Shown: one piece after another, positions 1 through 9,676 of the stretch
How the letters are laid out: each line of letters opens with the position of its first letter
Position numbering within the stretch: the stretch's first letter is position 1
Source: Pyrinomonadaceae bacterium
Lineage (GTDB): Bacteria; Acidobacteriota; Blastocatellia; Pyrinomonadales; Pyrinomonadaceae
Reading direction: 5' to 3'
DNA: 64,000 bases
Assembly: GCA_036389815.1 (NCBI GenBank)
Contig: DASVWB010000086.1
Span: forward strand, 7,031-71,030
The notes under the pieces: model-generated
Database searches by the model: none
Told to the model about the DNA's origin: nothing
What the model saw: only the letters and a program-made list of their open reading frames with translations
Translations under genes and position numbers: made by a program

Positions 1-1973
1 TTCCCCTCCGAAGGCGCCCAGCCGTCCTGCGCGAGCAGGCGCGGGTCGTCGAGGTCCACGGGCGCGTAGGGCCTGCCGCCGGCGTCCACGTCCTCGACGG
101 CGAGGTACTCGCCCACCGGCCCCTCACCCTCCAGGTTCTCCCAGCGTATCTTGAGCGCCACCTCGTTGACGCCCGCCGTGTCGAGCCGCGTCGAGAGGCT
201 GGGGTCTACGGCGTAGACGCGCACGCGCCTGTAGGGCGGGTTGCGGAGCGCGGGCGCGTCGTCGCAGGCCGAGAGCACTTCGGGGATGACCCGCTTCCCC
301 GCCCCCCTGCGCGGGGCCGAGCGCCCCGTCGCCACGGGGTAGCGCGTGGCGACGTGCTTGCGCAGCGCGAGCGACGCGCCCTCGTCCTCGATGATCGCCT
401 CCATGACGCGGCGCATCCTGTCGGCCGGAATCTTCGCCGCGGCGGCGGGGTCGGGCACCAGCTTTTGCAGCTCCTCGTTGAGCAGCCAGCGCTGCGCCAG
501 CTCCTGGTTGAACATCTCCTCGCGCGGCGGTATGCGCGCGATGCCGAGCCCGGTGACGACGCGGAAGATGGAGAACGAGTCGTCGGAGGGCGCGCTCTTC
601 GGCAGGCCGAGCGCGGGCTTCACGTCGAGCATCTTGAGCGCCTGCACGACGCCGTTGCCGAAGTGCGTCCGGTCGCCCCGCATCTTCGTCGAGGTGAAGA
701 GCGCGTTGCGCGCGGCCTCGACGCGCCGCCAGTCGCGCGGCGGCAGCTCGTTCTTGTGGCGCTCCAGCCACAGGGCGACGGCCGCCGCCACCTGCGGCGT
801 GGCAGCCGACGTGCCCTCGCCGTTGTGGCGGATGACGCCGTCGCACATGTAGCGCGCCCAGGGGATGTTCGGCGTGTAGGCGGCGACGGCCGCCCTCATC
901 GCCGAGTCGGGGCCGAAGCTCCCTTCGAGCGTGTTGAGCCCCTTGAGGCCGGCGTAAGGGCTCCCGTCGGCCATCACGCCGCAGACGGCGACGACGCGCG
1001 GGTAGCGCGCCGGGTAGACGAGCGTGCGGGGCGGCGTGAAGCCGACGTGGTTGCCAGCAGCCGCGCAGATACAGACGCCCGCCTCGTAAGCCCTGTCGAC
1101 CTCCTCGGCCCAAGAGCGCGTGGGCACGCCGCCCATGCTCAGCGTGATGACGTCGCAGCGCCGGTCGGTCGCGTAGCGGATGGCCTGCGCGAGCGCGCTC
1201 GTCCGCAGCAGCACCACGCGGTCGGCGACGCGCAGCGGGAGGACTTCGGCGTCGGGCGCGCCGCCGATGCGCACGCCGCCCTGCGCGGGCGCCTTGCCCG
1301 CGAGTATGCCGATGGTGCCGGTGCCGTGGCCGGAGTTGTCTATCAGGAAGACGTTGTTGTCGGGGTCTTCGGCGCTCTGCCGCCCCTCCTCGCCTTCGAC
1401 GAAGCTGCGTTCGAGCGAGCGCGCGACGTGCTCGGGCGCGGTGGCGTGCGCGCGGTAGTAGCCCGTGTCGAGGTGCCCGACGCGCGTGCGCGGCTCTTTG
1501 AAGCTCACGGCGTCGCGCGCCGACCCGAGCTGCGAGAAGGCGTCGCCGAGGTGCCAGAAGTCGCCGGGGCCGACCTTCTTCCCGCGCGTCCCGTCCTGCG
1601 GGTCGGCCACGCACCTGTCGGCGGCGGCGAGGCCCGGCGTCGGCTCGTCTTCGTTCGCGTCCTGGTAGAAGTTGTGGACGAGGTCGGGCTCGGCGAAGAG
1701 CACGTCGGACTCGGCGACGCCGAGCTGGCCGGCGACGCGCGCGTGCGCCAGGTCCCACGGCGTCGCCGCGCCGTCGGGCAGCTCGGCGAGGAACCAGCGC
1801 GGCGCCGCGTCGTCGAGCCCGAAGGCGCCCGCCTCCGCCTGCCGCCCCTGCGCGTCGTGGAGCGGCCTCAGCCTCGCGCGCGACTCGGCGGCCCTCAACG
1901 CGCTCGCGCTCGGGGTGCGGAGCTTGACCAGCACGCGGTTCGTCTCTAAAGGCTTCGGTGTTTCGTTCGGCAT
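1..1973 (-). CDS. S8 (subtilisin-like) serine peptidase with C-terminal extension; 3' end runs off the window start
   Basis: Absent from the supplied ORF track because no stop lies inside the window. Manual minus-strand translation from the ATG at 1973 gives MPNETPKPLETNRVLVKLRTPSAS... The frame stays open to base 1. Subtilase motifs are present: HLDTGYY (Asp), NSGHGTGTIGILAG (His), AAAGNH (oxyanion Asn) and GEGTSAATPQVAAAVALW (Ser). The listed ORFs 124..1758(-) and 354..1949(+) are off-frame or antisense artefacts of this gene. Confidence 0.8.
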   Translation of the reverse strand, partial: MPNETPKPLETNRVLVKLRTPSASALRAAESRARLRPLHDAQGRQAEAGAFGLDDAAPRWFLAELPDGAATPWDLAHARVAGQLGVAESDVLFAEPDLVHNFYQDANEDEPTPGLAAADRCVADPQDGTRGKKVGPGDFWHLGDAFSQLGSARDAVSFKEPRTRVGHLDTGYYRAHATAPEHVARSLERSFVEGEEGRQSAEDPDNNVFLIDNSGHGTGTIGILAGKAPAQGGVRIGGAPDAEVLPLRVADRVVLLRTSALAQAIRYATDRRCDVITLSMGGVPTRSWAEEVDRAYEAGVCICAAAGNHVGFTPPRTLVYPARYPRVVAVCGVMADGSPYAGLKGLNTLEGSFGPDSAMRAAVAAYTPNIPWARYMCDGVIRHNGEGTSAATPQVAAAVALWLERHKNELPPRDWRRVEAARNALFTSTKMRGDRTHFGNGVVQALKMLDVKPALGLPKSAPSDDSFSIFRVVTGLGIARIPPREEMFNQELAQRWLLNEELQKLVPDPAAAAKIPADRMRRVMEAIIEDEGASLALRKHVATRYPVATGRSAPRRGAGKRVIPEVLSACDDAPALRNPPYRRVRVYAVDPSLSTRLDTAGVNEVALKIRWENLEGEGPVGEYLAVEDVDAGGRPYAPVDLDDPRLLAQDGWAPSEG

Positions 1974-1996
1974 CTCTGTGGCCCCCGGCCGCGCGC

Positions 1997-3967
1997 TCAC
2001 CCCCGGTCGGCGGCGCCCGCGTCCTCGATGATGACGTCCGCGGCCTTCTCGCTGATCATGTAGATGGCCGTGACGATGAAGTAGCCCGGTATCTTCGGGA
2101 AGACCGACGCGTCTACGACGCGCAGGCCCTCGACCCCGCGCACGCGGAAGCGGCTGTCGAGCACGGCCAGCGGGTCGCCTTCGGGGCCGATGGGGCACGT
2201 GCAGGAGGCGTGGTGCCCCCACGCCTCGTCCCTGACGAACTGGCGCAGCTCGTCGTCGGTCTTCACGTCGGGGCCGGGCACCTGCTCCTGCTTGATGAGG
2301 CTCCGGCGGAGGAGCCAGAACCAGCGCGCGCGCGCGAGGCGGTCGTTCATCGAGCGGACGAACTTGACGCCGCCGACGACGGCGTCTAAGTCGGGGTCGG
2401 CGGCCGACTGGCCGTCGCCGAAATACTTGAAGTTGACCCGCGGGCGTTCCCAAGGGTCGGCCGAGGCGAGGCGCACCTCGCCCGTGTTGTTCGTGCGCGC
2501 CTTGAGCACGGCCCAGGTGAACCGGTTGTGCTTCGACTCGAAGACCTTCGAGTAGCCGGGCTTGTAGCCGCGGAAGAAGCCGGGCAGCCCGAAGATGTAG
2601 AGGTCTGGGTCTTTCAGCTCCGGGCGCGAGCGCTTGATGATGCCGATGAGCGCGCCGTTCGTGGCGTAGATGCCGCGGCCTCCCTTCGCCCACTCTTCGA
2701 GGAAGTTGTCGGACTTGCCGTCCTCGCCGGGCGGCTCGAAGCTCGCGCCTTCGAGCAGGACGAAGTCCTTCCTGAACTCAGTGACGACGCCGACCTCGTA
2801 GCGGTCTTGCAGGTTCAGGCCGACGCCGGGGCGGTCTGCGACGACCTCGATGCCCAGCCCGCGCAGGTGTTCGGCCGGGCCGACGCCGGAGAGCATGAGC
2901 AGTTGCGGCGTGTTGAAGGCGCCGCCCGCGAGGATGACCTCGCGCGCGGCGCGGACGCTCACGCGCGGCAGCGCCGAGGTGGAGGTGTCGGGCGTGAGCT
3001 TCGCGGCGTTGGGGTCGGCGCGGTAGACGTGCGCGCGGTCGATGTACTCGACGCCGACGGCCCGCCTGCCCTCGAAGAGGACGCGCGAGACGAGGGCGTT
3101 CATCTTGATGGTCAGGTTCGCGCCGTGCTTCTCGCTCGCCTTGACGCGCAAAAGGTAGTCGCGCGGCCCCACGCGCTTGCCCTTGTCCACGGCGAGCGGG
3201 GTGAAGGCGAGCCCTTCGGGGCTGTCGCCCGTGTTGCGGCTGTCGTTCGGGTCGAAGCGCGTCTCGACGCCGAGCAGCACGTCGCCGACGTGGTCGCGGA
3301 CGGCGGTCTTCGCGCCCTTGAGGAGGAGCTTGACCAGCTTCCTGTCCTTGAGGACGAGGAAGGGGTCCGCCTCGGAGGTCGGGAGCCAGCCGTCGAAGCC
3401 GTGCCCGTGCTTCCAGTCGAAGCTCGGCCGGCGCCCGCGGAAGAGCCCGACCGCCCACCAGAAGAGGGTCTTGAAGAACCACTTGGCGGTGCGCGAGCGC
3501 GGCACGTACTTGCAGTCTTCGAGCCGCTGGAAGTAAGGGCGCATCCGCTCGCCGCGCCAGGAGTCGTCGCCCGTCAGCTCCGCGATGTGGTCCCAGTCGC
3601 TGTCCTGCGGGACGACCGTGATCATCGCGTTGTGCGCCGTGCAGCCGCCGAGCGCGCCCGCGCGCGGATACCAGATGAAGGGCTCGCCGTCTATGTCAAC
3701 GCACTTCGAGTCGCGCCGCTGCCGTTCGGCCGAGGTGTAGTGGCGCACGAAGAAGTCCCACGCGCACTCCGGGTACTCGGTCGAGAGGCCGTGGAAGATC
3801 GGGACTTCGTACATGTAGCGACCGCGCCCGGTCTTGTCCTCGGTGCAGGGGTCGCCGCCCGCCTCCAGCAGCAGGACTCTGAAGCCGGCCCGCGCGAGGT
3901 TCGCCGCGAGCGGGCCGCCGCCCGCGCCGGACCCGACGACGATGTAGTCGTAGCTCTCGGTGCTCAT
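1997..3967 (-). CDS. GMC-family FAD-dependent oxidoreductase (choline dehydrogenase-like)
   Basis: 656 aa. The N-terminal Rossmann FAD motif is YDYIVVGSGAGGGPLAANLARAGFRVLLLEAGGD. Length and C-terminal region (HHASCTCPIG, VVDASVFP) are typical of GMC oxidoreductases. The gene lies 10 nt downstream of the preceding gene. Confidence 0.85.
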   Translation of the reverse strand: MSTESYDYIVVGSGAGGGPLAANLARAGFRVLLLEAGGDPCTEDKTGRGRYMYEVPIFHGLSTEYPECAWDFFVRHYTSAERQRRDSKCVDIDGEPFIWYPRAGALGGCTAHNAMITVVPQDSDWDHIAELTGDDSWRGERMRPYFQRLEDCKYVPRSRTAKWFFKTLFWWAVGLFRGRRPSFDWKHGHGFDGWLPTSEADPFLVLKDRKLVKLLLKGAKTAVRDHVGDVLLGVETRFDPNDSRNTGDSPEGLAFTPLAVDKGKRVGPRDYLLRVKASEKHGANLTIKMNALVSRVLFEGRRAVGVEYIDRAHVYRADPNAAKLTPDTSTSALPRVSVRAAREVILAGGAFNTPQLLMLSGVGPAEHLRGLGIEVVADRPGVGLNLQDRYEVGVVTEFRKDFVLLEGASFEPPGEDGKSDNFLEEWAKGGRGIYATNGALIGIIKRSRPELKDPDLYIFGLPGFFRGYKPGYSKVFESKHNRFTWAVLKARTNNTGEVRLASADPWERPRVNFKYFGDGQSAADPDLDAVVGGVKFVRSMNDRLARARWFWLLRRSLIKQEQVPGPDVKTDDELRQFVRDEAWGHHASCTCPIGPEGDPLAVLDSRFRVRGVEGLRVVDASVFPKIPGYFIVTAIYMISEKAADVIIEDAGAADRG

Positions 3968-3976
3968 GTTCGCCCT

Positions 3977-6514
3977 CTAGAAAGTCTTCAGGAGTTCTAT
4001 CAGCGCGCCCTTGTCGTCGTCGCTCAGGGCGGGCTCGCCGTCGAAGCCCGTGCCGAAGTAGTGGCCGCGGTTGACCACGTAGTCGGGGCACTTGCTCAGC
4101 GACACGAGCCTCGCGGCGAGCGGCCTGAAGACTTCCTGCGCGCGCCGGTTGTACTCCTCGTCGCTCCCGCCCGTCGGCGGCGGCCCCAGCTCGGCCATCT
4201 TCTTCTTGATGTCGAGGACGAGCCCGACCAGCTCGCGGTCGTGCCGGAGCCTGTCCCAGAGCCCCATCTCCTCGGGGAGGATCATCAGGTTCGTGAGCAG
4301 CCCGACGGGCGTGCCGCGCGGTATCGGCCCGATGTCTATGCCGTCCTGGCCGAAGATGTTCGGCAGCAGCCAAGGGCCCCAGCCCTTCAGCGCGTCGGGC
4401 ACGAAGCCGGGCGCGACGTGGATGGACGAGATGCGCGTCGTGCGGTCTATCGTCCCGTGCACCCTGTCGCCGAGCACCGAGTCCATCTCCCTGTCCTGCG
4501 GCCAGAGCAACTGGTGGATGGACTTCTCGAACGAGTCCATGCGGCCGGCGACCGAGGGGTCAGGGTTGAACGGGCCGAGGCTGTTGTTGAGCAGGAACGG
4601 CGCGGTAGACCAGACGCTGACGAGCGACGCCGGGCGCGTGAAGCCGCGGCCGCCGCCGGGCAGCTTGTAGGGGCGCGCCTCGCCCGTCACGGGGTCGTGG
4701 ACGGTGACGGTGCCGACCGACGGCAGGTCTTTGTAGGTCTCAGAGGTGAAGTTGTCCCAGATGTTTCCGCGGATGCCGTTGGTCGCCAGCGGGCTGCAGG
4801 CGTTCGTCTGCAGGAGCGTGACGGGCACGCGGAACTCCGTCGAGAGGTAGTTGCCGTCGAGGAAGTCCGGCGCCTTGACGATGGCCGTCATCTCCTGCTT
4901 GAACCCGTCCGTCTTCGACCAAGCCCAGTAGTCATCCCAGCACTTCATGTAGCCGGGGCCGGCGCAGTCGGGCTTCATGCGGTCTTCGGCGTGCGCGGGG
5001 AGCTTGCTCGAATGGCAGCGGGCGCAGTTCTCTGCGAAGACCTCCTTGCCGCGTTCGAGTTTCTGGTTGTAGGCGTCGTCGGCGGGCTGCCCGCCGTTGA
5101 GGTACTGCGCCGCGTCGGGCGCGTCCTTCAGGTAGTGCGGGGCGGTGGTCTTGAGGAAGAAGAGCGCCATGTCGGGCGTCTGCGCCTCGGTGGCCTCCCA
5201 GTAGGAGGAGTTCCTGCGCGCGTCTGCGATGAGGATGGGCGTGACGGGCTTGCCCCCGGCGAGCGGGTTGAAGTGGAGCAGCCACTCCTCGCTGAAGAGC
5301 CCGATGTTGAGGTAGACGCGGTTGAGCGCGCCCAGGCCCCCGACGGAGTCGGCCCCGTCCTTCAGCACGCGCGGCGACCAGACGGTCGTGGGCGGCTGGA
5401 AGAGGCCGTTCAGGGCGGCGGTCTGCGGGTAGTCGTTGAACTGCTTGTTGTCGCCGCTGCCGCCGCCGGCCGAGAGCGTCTCGCGGCCGAACTTCTGCGC
5501 CTGCGCGAGGCGCGGCCCGAGGTTGTAGAGCGCGTTCATCGTGCGCGGGTTGTTGATGTTGTCGGTCGAGACGAGCGAGGTGTCGAGCGTGCCCGGCCGC
5601 GAGGTGTGGAACATCTGCCAGATGTAGGTCGCCTCGTCGGCCTGCCAGTCGAAGATGCGGTCGATCCAGAAGTACTGCGCGCCGACGTTCGACGTGAGGT
5701 TCTCCCACTTCGGGTGCTCGGGGTCGGCGGGCGGCTTGACGGGGTTCGGCCCGACGTGGCAGAAGCCGCACGACATCCCGACGCGGTACGGCTTCACGAG
5801 GTTCTTGTCGAAGTAGTATTTGGGGTCGTTGTAGTAGCGCTCGGCGTCCCACCTCTTCGCGGCGGCCTCGTCGAAGTCCGGGTTCGGGAAGAGTCGCAGG
5901 CCGGCGACGCCGGTGGCGTAGCCGTAGAAGGAGCCGACGGGCATCTTCCCGCCGGCCGGGATGTCCCTGCCCGCGGGCAACTGCCTGCCGCGCGCGCCCG
6001 TGAGCACGCCCGGGTACTTGGCCTCGTTCTCGAACGGGTCGGGCGGGCACTCGGGCGACGAGACGCGCCGGTCGAGCCACAGCCCGAAGCGCTCCTTGTC
6101 GGGGCCGGTCGCCTGCTCGAAGCACGGCTCGTTGACGAGTCCGAGGTAGTACCAGCGGTTGTCGCGCCTGAACTTCAGCGAAGGGTGCGACGAGAGAGTC
6201 TTGAGCAGGTCGAGCGCGCCGAAGCTGTTGACCGAAATCTTGTCCCAGAAGCGGTCGTTGCCGCCCGTCCAGACGAGCCACGTGTTGCGCCCCCTGACCT
6301 CCGCGGGCGTGAGCGGGACGCCGCCGTCCATGTCGCGGAAGTAGTCCTCGTCCGCGGCCGGGAGCGAGGCGGGCGTGCGCCCCGCGGCGCGCGCCTCGTC
6401 GAGCACGGTGCCCGGCTTCGGGCCGCCGCCCAGCCACCTCGCGAGGAGGACGAGGCCGACGGCCGCGACGACGACGAGCAGGACGACTAGCTTGACCAGA
6501 TTTTTCCTCTTCAT
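3977..6514 (-). CDS. Membrane-anchored c-type cytochrome-like protein (two CxxCH haem motifs), family not recognised
   Basis: 845 aa. It has an N-terminal hydrophobic anchor (LVKLVVLLVVVAAVGLVLLA) and two haem-c attachment motifs (CGFCH and CARCH). Its composition is protein-like, unlike the 1320-aa antisense ORF. Confidence 0.6.
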   Translation of the reverse strand: MKRKNLVKLVVLLVVVAAVGLVLLARWLGGGPKPGTVLDEARAAGRTPASLPAADEDYFRDMDGGVPLTPAEVRGRNTWLVWTGGNDRFWDKISVNSFGALDLLKTLSSHPSLKFRRDNRWYYLGLVNEPCFEQATGPDKERFGLWLDRRVSSPECPPDPFENEAKYPGVLTGARGRQLPAGRDIPAGGKMPVGSFYGYATGVAGLRLFPNPDFDEAAAKRWDAERYYNDPKYYFDKNLVKPYRVGMSCGFCHVGPNPVKPPADPEHPKWENLTSNVGAQYFWIDRIFDWQADEATYIWQMFHTSRPGTLDTSLVSTDNINNPRTMNALYNLGPRLAQAQKFGRETLSAGGGSGDNKQFNDYPQTAALNGLFQPPTTVWSPRVLKDGADSVGGLGALNRVYLNIGLFSEEWLLHFNPLAGGKPVTPILIADARRNSSYWEATEAQTPDMALFFLKTTAPHYLKDAPDAAQYLNGGQPADDAYNQKLERGKEVFAENCARCHSSKLPAHAEDRMKPDCAGPGYMKCWDDYWAWSKTDGFKQEMTAIVKAPDFLDGNYLSTEFRVPVTLLQTNACSPLATNGIRGNIWDNFTSETYKDLPSVGTVTVHDPVTGEARPYKLPGGGRGFTRPASLVSVWSTAPFLLNNSLGPFNPDPSVAGRMDSFEKSIHQLLWPQDREMDSVLGDRVHGTIDRTTRISSIHVAPGFVPDALKGWGPWLLPNIFGQDGIDIGPIPRGTPVGLLTNLMILPEEMGLWDRLRHDRELVGLVLDIKKKMAELGPPPTGGSDEEYNRRAQEVFRPLAARLVSLSKCPDYVVNRGHYFGTGFDGEPALSDDDKGALIELLKTF

Positions 6515-6664
6515 GCGATAGGCTCCTCGGGGTCTTCCTCAAACCCGAAAGGTCTTGCGGGGGGCGCGGCGGCCTTCCATAGGCCGGGGCCTGTGCGGAC
6601 GTGGCGAGGCGACTTCAACCTTCAAAGACGGAAGTGGGCGACGGCGGGGCTTCTCGGCCGCGCC

Positions 6665-7846
6665 TCAGCGGTGTACGTGAAAACTGCCGTGGCGCGGGTT
6701 AATCTCGGCGGCCATGCGCGAATACTTTTCGGCCTCCGCCGCCTCGCCCGCGGCCCCGTAGACGGCCGCGGCCTTTGCGAAGAGGCGCGCCTCGCGGGCG
6801 CCGGACGCGAGCGACCTCTTCATCATCCCGCGCGCCTCCGCGAACTGCCCGTCGCGGTAGAGCGCCCACGCGAGCGCCGCCTGCGTCGAGAAATTCTCGC
6901 GAAGCTCCAGGTCGCGGCGCGCCCAGCGCACGGCCTCCGCTCCGTCCTCCCGAACGTCGGAGTAGAAGTCGGCGAGGTGGTGGTAGTAGTGGACGCCGCC
7001 GCGCCGCGCCGAGTCGAGGTATTCGCCGAGCGCGCGCTCGAACCAGGGCTCGGCCTCTGCGGGCCTGCCCGCGAACTCGTACAGCTCTCCGAGCGCCTGC
7101 ATGAACTCGGGGCGCGGCAGCCGCGACAAGACCTTTTCGTAAAGCGCCGCCGCCTCTTCGACGCGCCCCAGCGCCCCGAGCAGTTCGGCCGCGTGCTCTT
7201 CGACCATCCAGTAGCCCGAGTAGGCGCGGCCGGCGCGCTCGTAGTGCGTGCGCGCCTCCTCGAAGCGCCCGCGCGACACGTCCAGCTCGCCGAGCTGAAG
7301 CTCCAGCCAGCAGAAGTGGCGCATCTCCTTGGCGGTGAGTTCGTCCCCCGCCTCGGCGTACAGGCGCTCGGCCTCCGCGATGTCGCCGAGCTTCGCGCGC
7401 AGGTGCGCGAGGCGCGCCAGGTTGTCCCAGGTCGGCTCATCGCGCGCGAGGTCTTCGTAGCCGGCGCGCGCCTCCTCGTACCTGCCCTCCTGAAAGTCGA
7501 GGTCCGCGCGGAGCGCGCGCCCCTGCGGGCTGTCGCGCAGCCCGGGGCTCGCGTCGAGGCAACGCCTCACGCCGGGGAGCCGGTGGAGCTTGAAGTCGAG
7601 GCTCGCCTTCAGGAAGTAGAGGTCGGCGGGGTTCGCGGCGCGCGCGACGGCGCGCTCGATTGCTTCGCCCGCGCGCTCAAGCCCCGCGAGGTCTCCCTTG
7701 AGCGAGGCGCGCTGGTAGAGGCCGTAGACGTAGCGCGTCGCCCGCTCGGCGTCGAAGGCGCCGCCGGCCGTCGGGTCACAGTGGAACTCGGAGAGGGCGC
7801 CGTCTATGCGCCCGAGTTCCAGCTCGAAGTCGGTAGGGTCGGGCAT
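6665..7846 (-). CDS. Tetratricopeptide-repeat (TPR) protein
   Basis: 393 aa, all-helical, rich in Ala/Leu/Glu/Arg/Tyr, with a recurring TPR-like periodicity (e.g. GRYEEARAGYEDLA, GDIAEAERLYAEA, GRFEEARTHYERA, GRVEEAAALYEKV). It sits between the DUF4331-like gene and the cytochrome gene. Confidence 0.7.
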   Translation of the reverse strand: MPDPTDFELELGRIDGALSEFHCDPTAGGAFDAERATRYVYGLYQRASLKGDLAGLERAGEAIERAVARAANPADLYFLKASLDFKLHRLPGVRRCLDASPGLRDSPQGRALRADLDFQEGRYEEARAGYEDLARDEPTWDNLARLAHLRAKLGDIAEAERLYAEAGDELTAKEMRHFCWLELQLGELDVSRGRFEEARTHYERAGRAYSGYWMVEEHAAELLGALGRVEEAAALYEKVLSRLPRPEFMQALGELYEFAGRPAEAEPWFERALGEYLDSARRGGVHYYHHLADFYSDVREDGAEAVRWARRDLELRENFSTQAALAWALYRDGQFAEARGMMKRSLASGAREARLFAKAAAVYGAAGEAAEAEKYSRMAAEINPRHGSFHVHR

Positions 7847-7940
7847 GAGTCGGGCTCGTGCGTAAGGCCGCGTGGGGGCGGGGCGGCCCCGCCCGCGTCG
7901 CGTGTCGGCCGGCGGCGCGCGTCGCCGAAGTGGCGCGCGC

Positions 7941-9524
7941 TCACCAGGGCTCGGCGAGGTACGGGAAGTGGTCGAGAAACTCCTTGTCGTTCCTGAGCGG
8001 GTTCGGCGGGGTCTTCGGCTCCACCGGCGCCGCGTCCCAGAGCGACTGGTCGTTGAGCAGGTCGAGGTGATACTTCCGGCCGTTCCACTCGGCCTCCATG
8101 TCGAGGAAGAGTGAGAGGAAGCGCGTCGCCACCTGGTCTTCGAGCCGGCGGCCGAAGGGCCACGTCCCCGTCGTGTCCATGTCGATGGCGCAGACGTTGG
8201 GGATGAAGATTTCGAACGGCCGCCGGAGCGGGATGTCGAGCCCCTTCGGGTTCCAGGAGTCGTCCGGCATGTTCAGGCGCTGGAAGAGCACGCGCCGCAC
8301 GCGCGGGAAGGCCGCGGCGACGAGCGAGTAGGTCTTGTGCACCGAGACGGGCGAGTCGTCGTGGTCGAAAGCGCACTTCAGCCCGAGCGCGCTGATGGAA
8401 GGCCCGAAGCCCCAGCCGAGGTGCGCGAGCCGCCTGATGAAGTGGGGCGCGAGCCAGAAGTTGTTCGCGCCGAGCTGCCGGCCGTCCTCGCGCTCCGAGA
8501 GCCCCGCGTCGGCGAAGGGCTGGCCGTCGGTGTCGACGAGCTTGTAGCGCCGCAGCTCCTCGTCCTGCCGGAACGGGTCGAGCAGGGCGAACGGCTGCCC
8601 GTGCCAGAAGGGGTGGTCGGGGATGGTCTCGACCTTGTCGGCCGCCTTCAAAACCCAGCTCTCGCCCCAGACGTTGACGACGCGCTCCTCGCGCGGCGCG
8701 GGCGTGATGAAGGCGAGGGGGATTTCGAGGACGATGGCGTTGACGTTCTTGCCGTTCTGGCAGTCGAAGCCCGTGTAGACGAAGCGGTAGTTGCCGCGCT
8801 CGTCCTTCTTGTACCCGCGGCCGTTCCAGGTGTGGGGGCCCGGCGGCAGCTCCTTCTTGAAGCCGTCGCGGCCCTTGACGTGCTCGTAGCCCCAGTCGGG
8901 CTCGGCCGGGTTGAAGTTGAAGAGGTCGTTGCCTTCGAGTTCGAGGAGCGTCTTCGGTATCGGCAGCTCGCGCGCCCACTGCATCGTGTGCGGGACGTGG
9001 TAGAACTGCGGCGCGTAGTTGATGGAGCGGAAGAAGCCGGTCAGGTCGTTGAAGAAGGCGTCGTCGCGCCCGCCGATAAAGGTCTTGATGGAGTGGCCGC
9101 CGGGCGTGTCGATGTCGAGCACGCGGTTGAGGTCTACGACCGTCTGGAAGTCGCCGCCGGGGAAGTTGAAGAACTTGACGGTGGCGCGCTGGTCGCGGCC
9201 GACGGTGACGCGAATCTCGGAAGGGCGGAGGTTGCCGAAGTACCTGTCCTTGACCGCGTCGAAGTATTCGAGCAGCGCTTCGAGGGTGCGCTCCTTGACG
9301 GGGCTCACGGCGCGCGGCGAGGCGTGCATCCGGATGCGGTAGAGCATGTCCGTGTCGAAGACGCCCGCCTCCGGCACGGAGGCGAAGGTGAGCGCGACGA
9401 CGACCTTCTCGCCGCCCGCGCGGTCGTCGCCGGGGAAGCCGAAGAGGTCGTAGAGGTCGGCGGCGCTCACGTCGATGTCGGAGAAGATGGAGTTGACCGC
9501 GTTCGGGTCGTTGTGGTCGGCCAT
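7941..9524 (-). CDS. DUF4331-family protein
   Basis: 527 aa. Family hallmarks as I remember them: N-terminal ADHNDPNAV...AADLYDLFGF (compare SHREAP...TDVYAF), GGRDDAFFNDL, WPFGRRLEDQV, and a C-terminal FLDHFPYLAEPW (compare the conserved FPYL ending). No obvious signal peptide. Confidence 0.7.
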   Translation of the reverse strand: MADHNDPNAVNSIFSDIDVSAADLYDLFGFPGDDRAGGEKVVVALTFASVPEAGVFDTDMLYRIRMHASPRAVSPVKERTLEALLEYFDAVKDRYFGNLRPSEIRVTVGRDQRATVKFFNFPGGDFQTVVDLNRVLDIDTPGGHSIKTFIGGRDDAFFNDLTGFFRSINYAPQFYHVPHTMQWARELPIPKTLLELEGNDLFNFNPAEPDWGYEHVKGRDGFKKELPPGPHTWNGRGYKKDERGNYRFVYTGFDCQNGKNVNAIVLEIPLAFITPAPREERVVNVWGESWVLKAADKVETIPDHPFWHGQPFALLDPFRQDEELRRYKLVDTDGQPFADAGLSEREDGRQLGANNFWLAPHFIRRLAHLGWGFGPSISALGLKCAFDHDDSPVSVHKTYSLVAAAFPRVRRVLFQRLNMPDDSWNPKGLDIPLRRPFEIFIPNVCAIDMDTTGTWPFGRRLEDQVATRFLSLFLDMEAEWNGRKYHLDLLNDQSLWDAAPVEPKTPPNPLRNDKEFLDHFPYLAEPW

Positions 9525-9676
9525 GGGGTTTGCCTCGGGCTGAGAGCGCCTACTGCTGCTGAGGGCGGGGCAGGCGGCGTTAAGAGAGTTGAGAAACGTG
9601 AGCGAGTGCCGAGCTTCTCGCTCGAAGGTTGACGACCGCGGGTGAAAGTGTCGCGCCCCTGTTTGAACTTGGGCGC

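Noticed and set aside
124-1949. ORFs 124..1758(-) and 354..1949(+)
   Set aside because: The first is Arg-rich nonsense. Both overlap the S8 peptidase reading frame, which has a complete catalytic triad. They are off-frame and antisense artefacts.
2528-6490. 1320-aa plus-strand ORF, the longest in this part of the track
   Set aside because: It is antisense to the GMC oxidoreductase and cytochrome genes. Its composition is dominated by Arg/Ala/Glu/Val/Asp/Gly runs with no motifs. This is the typical high-G+C shadow ORF. The minus-strand genes carry clear family motifs.
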